From positions 70,843 to 134,842 of the forward strand of contig LBOW01000002.1 in NCBI GenBank assembly GCA_000989765.1: 64,000 bases of DNA, given 5' to 3'. The stretch is from Candidatus Woesebacteria bacterium GW2011_GWB1_33_22. Lineage in GTDB: Bacteria > Patescibacteriota > Microgenomatia > UBA8517. Numbering within the stretch: position 1 is the stretch's first letter; each line of letters starts with the position of its first letter. Position numbers and translations under genes: made by a program. Below the pieces are notes generated by a model. It saw only the letters and a program-made list of their open reading frames with translations. It searched no databases and was not told where the DNA came from. Positions 47,453 through 57,808 of this stretch are shown piece after piece.

Positions 47453-49400
47453 GTTTCTTCCAACTAGCAAATTTACAATCGGGGTAACGGCTACAGCCGT
47501 AAAACTTGCCTTTTTTTGATTTCTTGACAACAATCTCGCCAGTTTTACAATCTGGACATTTGATACCCACTTTATCCAAAAACTTTTCAGTATGTTTACA
47601 CTCTGGGAAAGTAGAGCAACTAATAAACTTGCCGAATCTTCCAACTCGTATAACTAGCTCCCCATCTTTACAGTCAGGACATTTTTTACCTAACTTTTCT
47701 GTTTCTATTTTTACTCTTTCTGCTGTTTTTTCAACAGATTTTAATTTCTTTTCAAAGGGAGTCCAAAACTTCTTCATTTCAGTTTCCCATTTTATTTTGC
47801 CGAGAGCTATGTTATCCAAATCCTCCTCCATTTCCGCTGTAAAACCGAAATCTAGTTCTATTGGAAAGTTTTTAACTAAAAATTCTGTTACAGCAAAACC
47901 AATTGTTGTAGGAATAAATACTTTATCAATTTTTTCCACATAACTTCTAATTTGAATTGTTGTAATAATTGGAGCATATGTAGAAGGTCTTCCAATTCCC
48001 AATTTTTCCAATGTCTTAATTAAAGATGCCTCATTATATCTTGGAGGAGCTAAAGTGAATTTTTGATCTGCCCAAATTCGTACTTTGTCTAGTTTTTCGT
48101 CTTTGTTAACTTCAGGAAGTAAAACTATTTCTGTATCAATTGGAAACAAAACTCTCCAACCGTCAAATTTCATTATTTGCCCACTAGCACGTAATGAATA
48201 TTGAATTAGTTTACCCTGAGCTTGCCGAAGGGCTTCTACATCAATTGTTGTTTCGTTGTAAATTGCGGGATTCATTTGACAAGACATAAATCTTTTCCAA
48301 ATTAATTCATATAGTTTCTGTTCACTTTGTTCCAATTTTAAATTTTGATTTTTGACTTTTGAATTTACGACCGTAGGTCGTATCGCTTCATGTGCTTCCT
48401 GCGCCGATTTACTGTGAGTTTTGTAAAAATGTGGCTTTTCTGGAAGATATTCTTTTCCATACTCTTTTTCAATAAATCCTCTTGCAGTGTTAACAGCATC
48501 AAGTGAAAGATTTAAAGAATCCGTTCTATGGTAGGTAATTAAACCCTCTTCATATAACTTTTGAGCAACACTCATTGTCTTTTTAGCACTCCAACCAAAA
48601 AGTCTTGCACCAGCTTGTGTCAATGTTGAAGTTGTAAAAGGAGGATAAGGACTTTTTCTAACTTCTCTTTTCTTAACATCAGATACTTTATATTCTGCCT
48701 TTTCTAAATCAGCAAGTATCTTATCCGCAGTAGTTTTATCATGTATCTCTTGTTTAATTAACTGGACTACAAATTTTGCATTTTGATTTTTGCATTTTAA
48801 ATTTGCATATATTTCCCAATATTCTTCTGGCTTAAAAGCCTTTATTTCCATTTCGCGGTCAACTATTAGTCTTACGGCAACTGACTGAACTCTACCAGCA
48901 GACAACCCTCTTCTTACTTTTTTCCAAAGAAGAGGTGAGAGTTTATAACCCACCAACCTATCCAGTACTCTTCTTGAGATTTGAGCATCAACAAGATTCC
49001 TATTTATAACTGTTGGGTTACTAAGTGCATGTTCTACTGCTTGTTTAGTTATTTCATGGAAAGTTATGCGTTTAATTTTTGATTTTTGATTTTTGATTTT
49101 TAAATTTGAACTGATCACGTCCTCGACGTGAGCTGCGATAGCTTCCCCTTCACGGTCAGGATCTGTAGCTATAAAAATCTGCTCTGCGCTTTTGGCTTTT
49201 TGCTTTAAGCTTTTAATAACTGCTTTTTTCTTTTCTATTTCTTGATAATCTGGTTTAAAATCATGTTCTATATCAATACTTAATTTACTTTTAGGTAAGT
49301 CTTTAATATGGCCACGGGTCGAATCCACTTCATAATCACTACCCAAAAACTTGGATAGCGTATTTGCCTTTGTTGGACTTTCAACTATTATTAGTTTCAT
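47424..49400 (-). CDS. topA: DNA topoisomerase I with C-terminal zinc ribbons
   Basis: Toprim N-terminus (IVESPTKA), catalytic Tyr region and C4 zinc fingers. Confidence 0.9.
   Translation of the reverse strand: MKLIIVESPTKANTLSKFLGSDYEVDSTRGHIKDLPKSKLSIDIEHDFKPDYQEIEKKKAVIKSLKQKAKSAEQIFIATDPDREGEAIAAHVEDVISSNLKIKNQKSKIKRITFHEITKQAVEHALSNPTVINRNLVDAQISRRVLDRLVGYKLSPLLWKKVRRGLSAGRVQSVAVRLIVDREMEIKAFKPEEYWEIYANLKCKNQNAKFVVQLIKQEIHDKTTADKILADLEKAEYKVSDVKKREVRKSPYPPFTTSTLTQAGARLFGWSAKKTMSVAQKLYEEGLITYHRTDSLNLSLDAVNTARGFIEKEYGKEYLPEKPHFYKTHSKSAQEAHEAIRPTVVNSKVKNQNLKLEQSEQKLYELIWKRFMSCQMNPAIYNETTIDVEALRQAQGKLIQYSLRASGQIMKFDGWRVLFPIDTEIVLLPEVNKDEKLDKVRIWADQKFTLAPPRYNEASLIKTLEKLGIGRPSTYAPIITTIQIRSYVEKIDKVFIPTTIGFAVTEFLVKNFPIELDFGFTAEMEEDLDNIALGKIKWETEMKKFWTPFEKKLKSVEKTAERVKIETEKLGKKCPDCKDGELVIRVGRFGKFISCSTFPECKHTEKFLDKVGIKCPDCKTGEIVVKKSKKGKFYGCSRYPDCKFASWKKPNILQFQKK
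48213..48236. repeat. family C mini-element (ACCCTGAGCTTGCCGAAGGGCTTC) inside topA
   Basis: Encodes LRQAQGKL in-frame; 20/20 nt core identical to the ftcD copy. Confidence 0.8.
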
Positions 49401-49956
49401 TTAAATAATTTACTATTCTCTTAGGACTTTGTACACTAGTTGCTCCATTTTCAATTAAATAATTAGTCGCTTCGCTTCCTGCAATTGCAAAAACTTCTAC
49501 TCCATCGTTTGCTGCATGATTTGCGGTAGAGATTGTACCAGATCGCGCTCGTCCTTCAATAACTAAGACTGCTTGGGATAATTTTACTATTAACTGATTT
49601 CTTGCTAGAAAATTTTTGCCCTCAGGTTTTGTACCATAAGGAAAACCGGATACTAAAGCGCCATTTTTTGAAATTTCATCAGCTAATTTCTTGTTTTCGG
49701 GGGGATAAATAATATCAAGGCCAGAACCAATTACAGCAATTGTTCTACCTCCACAATTTAGAGCTGTAAGGTGCGCAATTGTATCAATTCCGCGCGCCAA
49801 CCCCGAGACAATTGTTATTTTATTTTTAACAAGTTCTTTAACAAACTTTTCGGTTAATTTTTTTCCTCTTTCAGTAAGTAGTCTAGTTCCCACAACCGCC
49901 ACCGCCCTTCTGTCTTCTTTTTTTAATTTTCCCAGTATATAAAGATCACTTTTCAT
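49381..49956 (-). CDS. dprA: DNA processing protein DprA (Rossmann-like domain only)
   Basis: VAVVGTR...SGLARGIDTIAH. Confidence 0.85.
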   Translation of the reverse strand: MKSDLYILGKLKKEDRRAVAVVGTRLLTERGKKLTEKFVKELVKNKITIVSGLARGIDTIAHLTALNCGGRTIAVIGSGLDIIYPPENKKLADEISKNGALVSGFPYGTKPEGKNFLARNQLIVKLSQAVLVIEGRARSGTISTANHAANDGVEVFAIAGSEATNYLIENGATSVQSPKRIVNYLNETNNS

Positions 49957-49959
49957 TAT

Positions 49960-50257
49960 TTAAGTATTAATTGCCGAGAATCTTTTTTATCAAATTATCT
50001 GCTTCTTCAATTTGTTCTGCTTTAGTTCTATTTCCCAGGGATCCTTTTCCACTACTAGAATATTTATCAATAAAAACTTTAACTTCTTCTACTAACTCAG
50101 AAGGTATATTACCCTTGTTAATTTCATAACCTAACTGACCAAGCAAACCTTGCCATCAATTCTTTCTCACTTTAAGTAACCCTTTACCTCGAACAATTTC
50201 GTCAGGAATTTCATTAGAGCACTTATCTTTTAAAAACGATAAATATTCCCTGTTCAT
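49960..50257 (-). pseudogene. small ORF (~98 codons) interrupted by a single in-frame TGA
   Basis: MNREYLSFLKDKCSNEIPDEIVRGKGLLKVRKN-TGA-WQGLLGQLGYEINKG...ADNLIKKILGN, all in one frame. Confidence 0.4.
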
Positions 50258-50337
50258 AAACGATATTTTATACTATTTTAATTTTTAAAATACTCAAACT
50301 CTTAAGTATGGCAAATCCGACATAATAGGTATGGACT

Positions 50338-51225
50338 TCAAGACAAACGCTCAAGCATCTTTATGGTGTCTATTTCTAATTTAGAAACTGCACACCACTT
50401 TTTACCAAGATCTTTAATTGATGCGCCAAAATGATAAATTGATTTGTTATCGGTAATTAGAAAACGATCGTGGAAAAAATTCAATTTCTTAATTACTATT
50501 GATGGATATTGAGAATTATATTTTTTAAGATCTAGCAACAGATTGGAATTAACATCTTTAGAATAAATTGTAACAGTCACCTTAGTTTTACGCTTACTCA
50601 AAAGCATGAGAACTGTTTCGTCAACAAAATTATCAATCAAAATAATTTCTTGTTTAGCAGACTTAATAAGTTTTGAGACAAATACATATGCATCAAAAGT
50701 TTGGCCGTCAAAAAATAGATTTTGCTTAGGAGTATCTTTGTTGCTAGCTAAAGCATCAAAGACTTGATTAAATTTTTTATCAGTTTCATTTTTATCAGAA
50801 ATTTGCTTTTGCTCGATGTTATCAATTCTGGCAAAAAGTTGTGAGTTAACTTGAATTAATTTACGCATAGAAACAAATTCAGACATAATCTGAATACTAA
50901 TATGAATAGCGATATCACTATTAAGAACGCCTGAAAGCATAGCGACACCCTGCTCAGTAAATGCGAATGGTAATTTACGACGACCTCCGTGTTTTTTTGA
51001 TATCGCAAATTGCGATATCAAGTTTGAAGTCACAATTTGTGACTTCAAATTATCATATTCAATATTAGTAATTTGAAAACAAAATTCTTGAGGAAATCTA
51101 GATTTATTTCTTTTAACTTGTTCGTTTAATCTCATTGTACTAGTGCCATACAATGAGGCCAAATCTTCATCTAGCATAACTTGAACCCCACGAACTAAAT
51201 AAATATGAGAGCGGATATCAAGCAT
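50338..51225 (-). CDS. ORF6N-domain protein (phage antirepressor/RhuM-like architecture)
   Basis: N-terminal IYLVRGVQVMLDEDLASLYG...RNKSRFPQEF. Confidence 0.7.
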   Translation of the reverse strand: MLDIRSHIYLVRGVQVMLDEDLASLYGTSTMRLNEQVKRNKSRFPQEFCFQITNIEYDNLKSQIVTSNLISQFAISKKHGGRRKLPFAFTEQGVAMLSGVLNSDIAIHISIQIMSEFVSMRKLIQVNSQLFARIDNIEQKQISDKNETDKKFNQVFDALASNKDTPKQNLFFDGQTFDAYVFVSKLIKSAKQEIILIDNFVDETVLMLLSKRKTKVTVTIYSKDVNSNLLLDLKKYNSQYPSIVIKKLNFFHDRFLITDNKSIYHFGASIKDLGKKWCAVSKLEIDTIKMLERLS

Positions 51226-51267
51226 TAATTAACTATAATTTGTTTAATAAAAAGAATCAATTACAAT

Positions 51268-52728
51268 CTAATTCTTAAAATAATCATCAAAAATACTTCT
51301 GGCAATAGGACCTGCAACTTTACTTCCTTCTCCTGATTTTTCAACCATTACAGTTAACACCAAATCATCAAGGGATGCCACAAACCATGCATGAGTTTTA
51401 CCATCTTCATTTGTTTCTGCAGTACCTGTTTTGCATAAAACAGTAGAACCTTTCCAATCAAAAAAGGTGTATCCTGTGCCACCAGTAGTGCAAGCTTTTT
51501 TCATTCCTTCTTCAATTAATTTTAAATTTTGATTTTTGATCTTTAAATTTACACAAGATGTATCCCCAATAATTTTTAAGTTACAAAGTTTACCACCATT
51601 TAAAACCACTAAATCTGCCCTATGAATTCCAACTGGCGTAACAGCTAAATCTCCTTGGCCAATTGAAAAATGGTATGTATTTCCTAAAAACCATTTTTCT
51701 TTTTTTGTCTTTTGTTTCCAGTCAGGGGACGGAACTAATGATAAAACTTCACCAGAAATATCAATATCTGTTAATTTTGTTAACCCAAATTTTTTCATCC
51801 AGTCAACAAGCGAATTAATGCCTACACGTTCTCCAATTGTGTAAAAGAAGGTATCAGTTGACCTAGCAAGAGCGCGTGTTACATCAACTTCTCCTTCCCT
51901 GCCACCATACTGAGTAAAGTACCAATTAGTATATGAATAGTTTCCATAAATTGATTCAACTGTTACAACACCTGTATCATTAAAGCGAAAGTTTTCATCT
52001 ATCTTTCCATCTTCAAGTGCCGCCACGGCAATTAAAGGTTTAAAGATAGAACCAGGATGATATAAACCTCCAATTGATCTATTAAAAAGTGGTAATTGTG
52101 AATCAGTAAGTGCTTTTTTTATGTCATTTGGATCAAAAGATGGAGATGAAAATAAGGCCAAAACATGCCCTTTTTTGTCAGTTGCTACAACTGACCCTAA
52201 TTTTTCTTCCATTTCTTTTGCAATAGTTTTTTGCAAATTGTAATCAATATTAGTTTTCAGATTCTGTCCAAAAATGGGTTTTTTAATACCAATCTTTCTT
52301 ATTTTTTCTCCAAGACTATTAACTTCAACTAACTCCTCGCCATCAACGCCTGAAAGAATGCAATTATATCTTTCCTGCAACCCTCCACGACCTACAATCT
52401 GACCTAATTTAAAAGGGCCTTTTTCTATGCAATTGGGATCAATCTTACCTACTTCATTTTCATTTGTTTCAGAAAGATAACCAATAATATGAGAAAAGTC
52501 AGGTCCATCCAGAACCTCTCCTCCTCGAGCAAGTATTTTTCCACGGGGGGCTGTGATTTTTATTCTTTCAATTCGATTACCTTCAGAGAGATTTCTGTAA
52601 AAATCACCTTTGATTATTTGAAGTTCAACAAGCCTTCCAACTAAAACCAAAAAGCCTAAAATTAAAACCCCCCTTAAAAACCAAGAAAACCAAGACTGAT
52701 TTTTATTAGAAACGGCCAACGTCTGCAT
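51268..52728 (-). CDS. mrdA: class B penicillin-binding protein (PBP2/FtsI-type transpeptidase)
   Basis: STDTFF-like, SxN and KTGT(A) motifs; N-terminal TM. Confidence 0.85.
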   Translation of the reverse strand: MQTLAVSNKNQSWFSWFLRGVLILGFLVLVGRLVELQIIKGDFYRNLSEGNRIERIKITAPRGKILARGGEVLDGPDFSHIIGYLSETNENEVGKIDPNCIEKGPFKLGQIVGRGGLQERYNCILSGVDGEELVEVNSLGEKIRKIGIKKPIFGQNLKTNIDYNLQKTIAKEMEEKLGSVVATDKKGHVLALFSSPSFDPNDIKKALTDSQLPLFNRSIGGLYHPGSIFKPLIAVAALEDGKIDENFRFNDTGVVTVESIYGNYSYTNWYFTQYGGREGEVDVTRALARSTDTFFYTIGERVGINSLVDWMKKFGLTKLTDIDISGEVLSLVPSPDWKQKTKKEKWFLGNTYHFSIGQGDLAVTPVGIHRADLVVLNGGKLCNLKIIGDTSCVNLKIKNQNLKLIEEGMKKACTTGGTGYTFFDWKGSTVLCKTGTAETNEDGKTHAWFVASLDDLVLTVMVEKSGEGSKVAGPIARSIFDDYFKN

Positions 52729-52746
52729 GAATCAATAATACTACTC

Positions 52747-53856
52747 CTATAACCCTTTTGTAATTCTAATTCTATTTAATAAAATTGGATTTTCTAAAAG
52801 CATGCCACAACCTCTGACTACGCAAGTTAATGGGTCTTCTGCAATATGTACTGGCATTTTTGTTGCATCAGAGATTGCTTTATCAATTCCATGAATCATA
52901 GCACCACCACCTGCTAAATAAATTCCTCGTTCCATAATATCACTTACCAGTTCTGGTGGAGTTTCCTCTAATACATCTGAGATGCCTGTAATTATTTCAT
53001 GAATTATTGGTCCCAAGGCTTCCCTAATCTCCTCATCTGTTAGTTTTACAGAACGGGGTAATCCATTTTCCAAATCTCTTCCTCTAACTACTTGATTTTT
53101 AGGTTTAGAAGAATTGGCTTCGCCACCAAAATTTGTCGCAGAACCTATTGCAATCTTTACAACCTCTGCAGAAGGTTGACCCAAAAGAAGAGAGTATTTT
53201 AATTTGACATAATTAATAATTGCTTCATCCATTTCGTCTCCTGCAATTCTTAATGACTTTCCAATTACTGTCCCACCTAGTGAAATAACAGCAATTTCAG
53301 AAGTCCCGCCTCCGATATCTACGATGAAATTACCTTCTGCAGAATTAACTTCCAAATTTGCTCCTATTGCAGCAGCCATTGGTTCTTCAACTAAATCAAC
53401 ACGCCTGCACCCCGCATCCATACAAGCGTCAGCTACAGCTCTTCTTTCCACATCTGTAACTCCTGATGGAATTCCAACAATAACATGAGGTCTTGGAATC
53501 TTAGGTAAATTCCCTCCTGTTTCATGGACCTTTTTAATATAGTGAAGAAGTATTGAAGTGGTTGCATCAAAGTCAGCAACAACTCCATTTTTAAGAGGTC
53601 TAATTACCTCAATCGAGGTAGGCGCACGGCCTAACATTTTTTTAGCAGAAGATCCTATAGCTAATATTTCCTTTGTTTTTTTGTTTCTTGCAACAACCGA
53701 AGGTTCACGAATTGAAACACCTTTACCTTTAATATAAACGAGTGTATTAGCAGTCCCCAAATCAATTCCAAGGTCGGTTGAAAAAAAACCTAGGATTAAA
53801 TTAATAGGATTTGGTATACTTTTAAAAATAGACATGATTCCTGTACTTTTTAACAT
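52747..53856 (-). CDS. mreB: rod shape-determining protein MreB
   Basis: DLGTANTLVY; actin-like ATPase. Confidence 0.85.
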   Translation of the reverse strand: MLKSTGIMSIFKSIPNPINLILGFFSTDLGIDLGTANTLVYIKGKGVSIREPSVVARNKKTKEILAIGSSAKKMLGRAPTSIEVIRPLKNGVVADFDATTSILLHYIKKVHETGGNLPKIPRPHVIVGIPSGVTDVERRAVADACMDAGCRRVDLVEEPMAAAIGANLEVNSAEGNFIVDIGGGTSEIAVISLGGTVIGKSLRIAGDEMDEAIINYVKLKYSLLLGQPSAEVVKIAIGSATNFGGEANSSKPKNQVVRGRDLENGLPRSVKLTDEEIREALGPIIHEIITGISDVLEETPPELVSDIMERGIYLAGGGAMIHGIDKAISDATKMPVHIAEDPLTCVVRGCGMLLENPILLNRIRITKGL

Positions 53857-55723
53857 ATTATTTGCCTTTATTCCACTTATATTTTTTAAAACCACTTCAG
53901 AACTTTTTGAATTTAATAAAATTATAATACTTTATATTTCTACAGTATTAATTGTTGCTGTCTGGTTGTACAAGTGTATGATTGCCAAGAAATTCATCTT
54001 TAGTCGTACAATATTAGACTGGCCATTAGTTATATATTTGCTTGTTTATTTAGTGTCTACTATCTTTTCAATTGATCCCAGAACATCTTTATTAGGGTAT
54101 TATTCAAGATTCAACGGAGGTTTGTTATCCCAAATTTGTTATGTCCTATTATATTGGGCATTTGTTTCAAATCTAAACAAAAGGCAATCTTTGCATTCTA
54201 CATACTACATTCTACTTTCTACTGCAATTGCAAGTATTTTAGCAATTGGCGAGCATTTTGGCATATTTACAACTTGCGGTTTAATGAAACTCGGATTTAC
54301 AGAATCCTGTTGGGTTCAAGATGTACAATCGAGAGTTTTCTCTACACTTGGACAACCCAATTGGCTTGCAGCATTACTAGTTGCATTAATTCCTATTACA
54401 TGGGCATATAGCCTACGGCATACAGCATATGGCCTACTCTCTATTTTATTTTTTGTAACTTTGTTATTTACAAAGTCAAGATCAGGAATACTTGCCTTTG
54501 GCTTTGAATTTATTATTTTTTGGGGAATTAATTTGTACTTTTCTAAACTTAAACATATAAAGGTGTTTTTAAGCTTAACCTTTTTGTTTGCTTTGATCTA
54601 TCTTATATTTCAATCCCCATTTACAGGCAAAGATATTCTTTCCTCACAAACAGTAGGGCCCGTATTAGAAGTTGGTGGAACTGAATCAGGAACTATTAGA
54701 AAATATGTTTGGTTGGGTGCTTTAAACGTTTTTAAATCTCATCCAATTTTAGGAACTGGACCTGAGACTTTCGCTTTTTCCTTTCCAATGTATAAACCCA
54801 TGGAACACAATTTAACTTCAGAGTGGGATTTCATTTATAACAAAGCACATAATGAATTTTTAAATTATTTAGCAAATACAGGTATCCTAGGTTTTTTGTC
54901 TTACCTGACAATTATAATTACTTCAATTATTATTTTTATAAAATCTAAAAAATATGATTTTTTAGCAGGTTATGTCGGAATATTAGTAACAAACTTTTTT
55001 GGTTTTTCAGTAGTTCCAGTATCATTATTGTTTTTTTTATTTCCAGCTATGGCGGTAGTAAGTAGTATGCAGGAAGTAGAATGGGTAAAACAAAAAAAAA
55101 TTAATATTAACCAATGGTTTTTAGTTTTTGTTGTGTTGCTTTCTACATTCTACATTCTACATTCTACATTCCGCTACTTCATAGCGGATATTCACTTTAA
55201 TAAAGCAAAACTCTTTAACAAATCAGGAAATTTGCCTATGGCTAAACAGGAAATTTTGAAATCTTTAAAAATTTCCCCAAATGAACCACTTTATTTAAAC
55301 GAAATGGCAGTTGCTGACAATAATATTGAGATATCTCAAAAAGCATTGCTACTTTCCCCTTACAATATTAATTTAGTGAGGTCACTCTCGGGGATTTACA
55401 ATAGAAATAGTAACCCTGCAAAGGCAATTGAAGTTTTACAATCTTTTCTAATTAATACTCCAAGCGATCCAAAGAATTATTATCAAATTGGTATTTATTA
55501 TTTAAAAATAAATGATTTAAACAACGCAGCCGTTTATTTTACAAAATCAGTAGAATTAAAACCTAATTATAAAGATGCAAGGTTTGCATTAGGACTGACA
55601 TATATAGATTTAAAAGAATTTGAATTAGCTAAAAATGAATTAAAATATATATTAGAAAAAATAGACTCCAAAGATGAACTAACTCAAAAATATTTAGACA
55701 ATCTTCTTCAGGCTCAAAAATGA
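53834..55723 (+). CDS. O-antigen ligase-like (Wzy_C) membrane protein with C-terminal TPR repeats
   Basis: Multi-TM Wzy_C core and C-terminal TPRs. The start is uncertain; a later Met at about 53978 is possible. Confidence 0.7.
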   Translation: MIPVLFNILFAFIPLIFFKTTSELFEFNKIIILYISTVLIVAVWLYKCMIAKKFIFSRTILDWPLVIYLLVYLVSTIFSIDPRTSLLGYYSRFNGGLLSQICYVLLYWAFVSNLNKRQSLHSTYYILLSTAIASILAIGEHFGIFTTCGLMKLGFTESCWVQDVQSRVFSTLGQPNWLAALLVALIPITWAYSLRHTAYGLLSILFFVTLLFTKSRSGILAFGFEFIIFWGINLYFSKLKHIKVFLSLTFLFALIYLIFQSPFTGKDILSSQTVGPVLEVGGTESGTIRKYVWLGALNVFKSHPILGTGPETFAFSFPMYKPMEHNLTSEWDFIYNKAHNEFLNYLANTGILGFLSYLTIIITSIIIFIKSKKYDFLAGYVGILVTNFFGFSVVPVSLLFFLFPAMAVVSSMQEVEWVKQKKININQWFLVFVVLLSTFYILHSTFRYFIADIHFNKAKLFNKSGNLPMAKQEILKSLKISPNEPLYLNEMAVADNNIEISQKALLLSPYNINLVRSLSGIYNRNSNPAKAIEVLQSFLINTPSDPKNYYQIGIYYLKINDLNNAAVYFTKSVELKPNYKDARFALGLTYIDLKEFELAKNELKYILEKIDSKDELTQKYLDNLLQAQK

Positions 55724-55728
55724 TATAA
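55720..55728 (+). promoter_or_regulatory. extended -10 element TGATATAAT immediately upstream of the def ATG
   Basis: The -10 sits 7 nt before ATG 55736, which implies a leaderless or very short-leader def mRNA. Confidence 0.45.
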
Positions 55729-55735
55729 TTACTTC

Positions 55736-56272
55736 ATGGTACAAAAAATAGTCCAGTCGGGAGACAAAAAGTTAAGAGAAATAAGTAAACCTGTTCGATC
55801 TTTTGATCGAAAAATTCTAAACTTGATTCAGAATCTACGTGACACACTTGAGATTCAAAATGACCCAGAAGGTGTTGGTCTTGCAGCTCCTCAAATAGGA
55901 GTAAATTTGCGTGTTTTTGCTGTAAATTACAAAGATTTTAAAAGAATTGTAGTTAATCCAACAATAATAGCGATTGGCGAAAAGCGTACAGTGAACAGGG
56001 AAAACAAAAAAACAAAGAACGAGATTCTTGAGGGCTGCCTTTCGCTTCCCCATTATTATGGACCATTAAAAAGAGAAACTTACATAAAACTGAAATATTT
56101 GGATGAATTTGGAAAAGAAACTATAGAAGAATTTAAAGATTTTAATGCTCAAATAATTTTACATGAAATTGATCATTTAAATGGAATTTTGTTCGTTGAT
56201 AGACTCTTAGAGCAAAAAAAGAAATTATATAAATTAGATGAAAATGATGAGTGGGAGGAGGTAGAAATCTAG
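55736..56272 (+). CDS. def: peptide deformylase
   Basis: GVGLAAPQIG, EGCLS and HEIDHLNG motifs. Confidence 0.9.
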   Translation: MVQKIVQSGDKKLREISKPVRSFDRKILNLIQNLRDTLEIQNDPEGVGLAAPQIGVNLRVFAVNYKDFKRIVVNPTIIAIGEKRTVNRENKKTKNEILEGCLSLPHYYGPLKRETYIKLKYLDEFGKETIEEFKDFNAQIILHEIDHLNGILFVDRLLEQKKKLYKLDENDEWEEVEI

Positions 56273-56320
56273 AAATTAACCTAATTATTCTAATGTCTAA
56301 TTAACCTAAAAAACACAAAA

Positions 56321-56674
56321 ATGACACAAGACCAAAAGTTTGATCTCGAAGAAAGAACAGCTAAATTTGGTGAATCAATAATTGAATTTTGTTTAAAAAT
56401 TAAAAAGAACGAAATTACAAGCCCATTAATTACACAGCTTGTTAAATCATCCACTAGTGTTGGTGCAAATTATTGTGAAGCTGACGATGCAGAAAGTGGA
56501 AGAGACTTTAAACATAAAATTGGCATATGTAAAAAGGAAGCTCGAGAATCAAAACACTTTTTGAGAATGTTTGCAAAAACTAATCCAGAATTTACTGATC
56601 AAATTAGGAATTTATGGCAAGAGGCTAAAGAACTTCATTTGATTTTTAATACAATTTATAGGAAAGTTAAATAA
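56321..56674 (+). CDS. four-helix-bundle protein (23S rRNA IVS-encoded protein family, TIGR02436)
   Basis: SVGANYCEADDAES...ICKKEARESKHFLRM. Confidence 0.7.
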   Translation: MTQDQKFDLEERTAKFGESIIEFCLKIKKNEITSPLITQLVKSSTSVGANYCEADDAESGRDFKHKIGICKKEARESKHFLRMFAKTNPEFTDQIRNLWQEAKELHLIFNTIYRKVK

Positions 56675-56732
56675 TTATGTCATTTATTAGATCAATTAGT
56701 ATAATTAGTACAATTAGGAATTGGAGCATCAT

Positions 56733-57566
56733 ATGCGACTGATTTTTTTTGGTACACCTGATTATGTTTTACCAGTTTTAGATATTTTGAATAAGTATCA
56801 CGAGGTTGTTGCGGTAGTTACACAACCCCCAAAACCTGTAGGCAGAGAGAAAATTATCGAATATTCTTCCGTTGATAAATGGGCTTTCAAGAAAAAAATT
56901 GATAGGTTTTTTGATTTTACCGATTTACCAGAAGCTGACCTTGGCATCTGTGCAGCTTTTGGAATGATAATTCCAAAAGAAATTTTAAACCATTTCAAAT
57001 TTGGAATTTTAAATATTCACCCATCAATCTTACCTAAATATAGAGGTGCATCCCCAATTCAGTCAGCAATTTCCAATCTTGATACAGAGACTGGTGTCAC
57101 AATTATTAAAATGGATGAAAAAATGGACCATGGACCGATTGTATCTTCATTCAAATGTGATATTTTACCTACTGACACTTTTGAAACCTTAAGAATTCGA
57201 TTATTTGAACAAGCCTCTGAATTTCTAATTAACCTAATTCCTAATTATTCTAAAAATAAAATTAACTTGAAACCGCAGGATCATGACAAAGCGACTTTTT
57301 GCAAAATTGTGAGTAAACAAGATGGATTTGTCAATTTAGAAAAAGACAATCCACAAGTAATTGAGGCAAAACTAAGAGCTTATTTCCCTTGGCCAGGGGT
57401 GTGGACCCTTCTTCGCCAAGACTCATCAGGGCAAGCTAAACGGTTAAAAATTCTAAAATGTCATTTAGAAAACAATGAATTAGTTTTAGATGAAGTTCAA
57501 CTTGAGGGAAAAAATCCTGTATCTTGGAAACAATTCAAATCTGCCTATCCAGAATCTAGATTCTAG
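56733..57566 (+). CDS. fmt: methionyl-tRNA formyltransferase
   Basis: MRLIFFGTPDY and the formyltransferase motif NIHPSILPKYRG. Confidence 0.9.
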   Translation: MRLIFFGTPDYVLPVLDILNKYHEVVAVVTQPPKPVGREKIIEYSSVDKWAFKKKIDRFFDFTDLPEADLGICAAFGMIIPKEILNHFKFGILNIHPSILPKYRGASPIQSAISNLDTETGVTIIKMDEKMDHGPIVSSFKCDILPTDTFETLRIRLFEQASEFLINLIPNYSKNKINLKPQDHDKATFCKIVSKQDGFVNLEKDNPQVIEAKLRAYFPWPGVWTLLRQDSSGQAKRLKILKCHLENNELVLDEVQLEGKNPVSWKQFKSAYPESRF

Positions 57567-57580
57567 CTTCTAGCAACTAG
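57551..57580. repeat. CTAG-rich palindromic intergenic motif between convergent fmt and rpmB
   Basis: AGAATCTAGATTCTAGCTTCTAGCAACTAG. Confidence 0.55.
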
Positions 57581-57769
57581 TTACTTCTTAAGTTTCTTAA
57601 GACAACTTGTACAAAGTTTTTGGCCTTTATACATTTGAAGATTTGGGGAAAATAACCTTTTTGTTTCTTGCGCTCTTTTCTTCCATCTTTTTCCTGCAAC
57701 ACCACGTCCATGGGATTGACTAGATCCAAAGACTTTTACCTTGTCGCAATTCTCACAGATCATACTCAT
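57581..57769 (-). CDS. rpmB: 50S ribosomal protein L28 (Cys-containing form)
   Basis: MSMICENCDK...SQSHGRGVAGKRWKKRAQETKRLFSPNLQ. Confidence 0.8.
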   Translation of the reverse strand: MSMICENCDKVKVFGSSQSHGRGVAGKRWKKRAQETKRLFSPNLQMYKGQKLCTSCLKKLKK

Positions 57770-57808
57770 AGTGGCAAATTATACTAAGAAAATGGTAAAG
57801 TTACAATT

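Noticed and set aside
49960-50257. Genome-wide UGA recoding (code 4 or 25)
   Set aside because: All long conserved genes are intact under the standard code, and at least one gene (19609..20439) ends in TGA, so global recoding is unlikely. The in-frame TGA is reported only as a local oddity.
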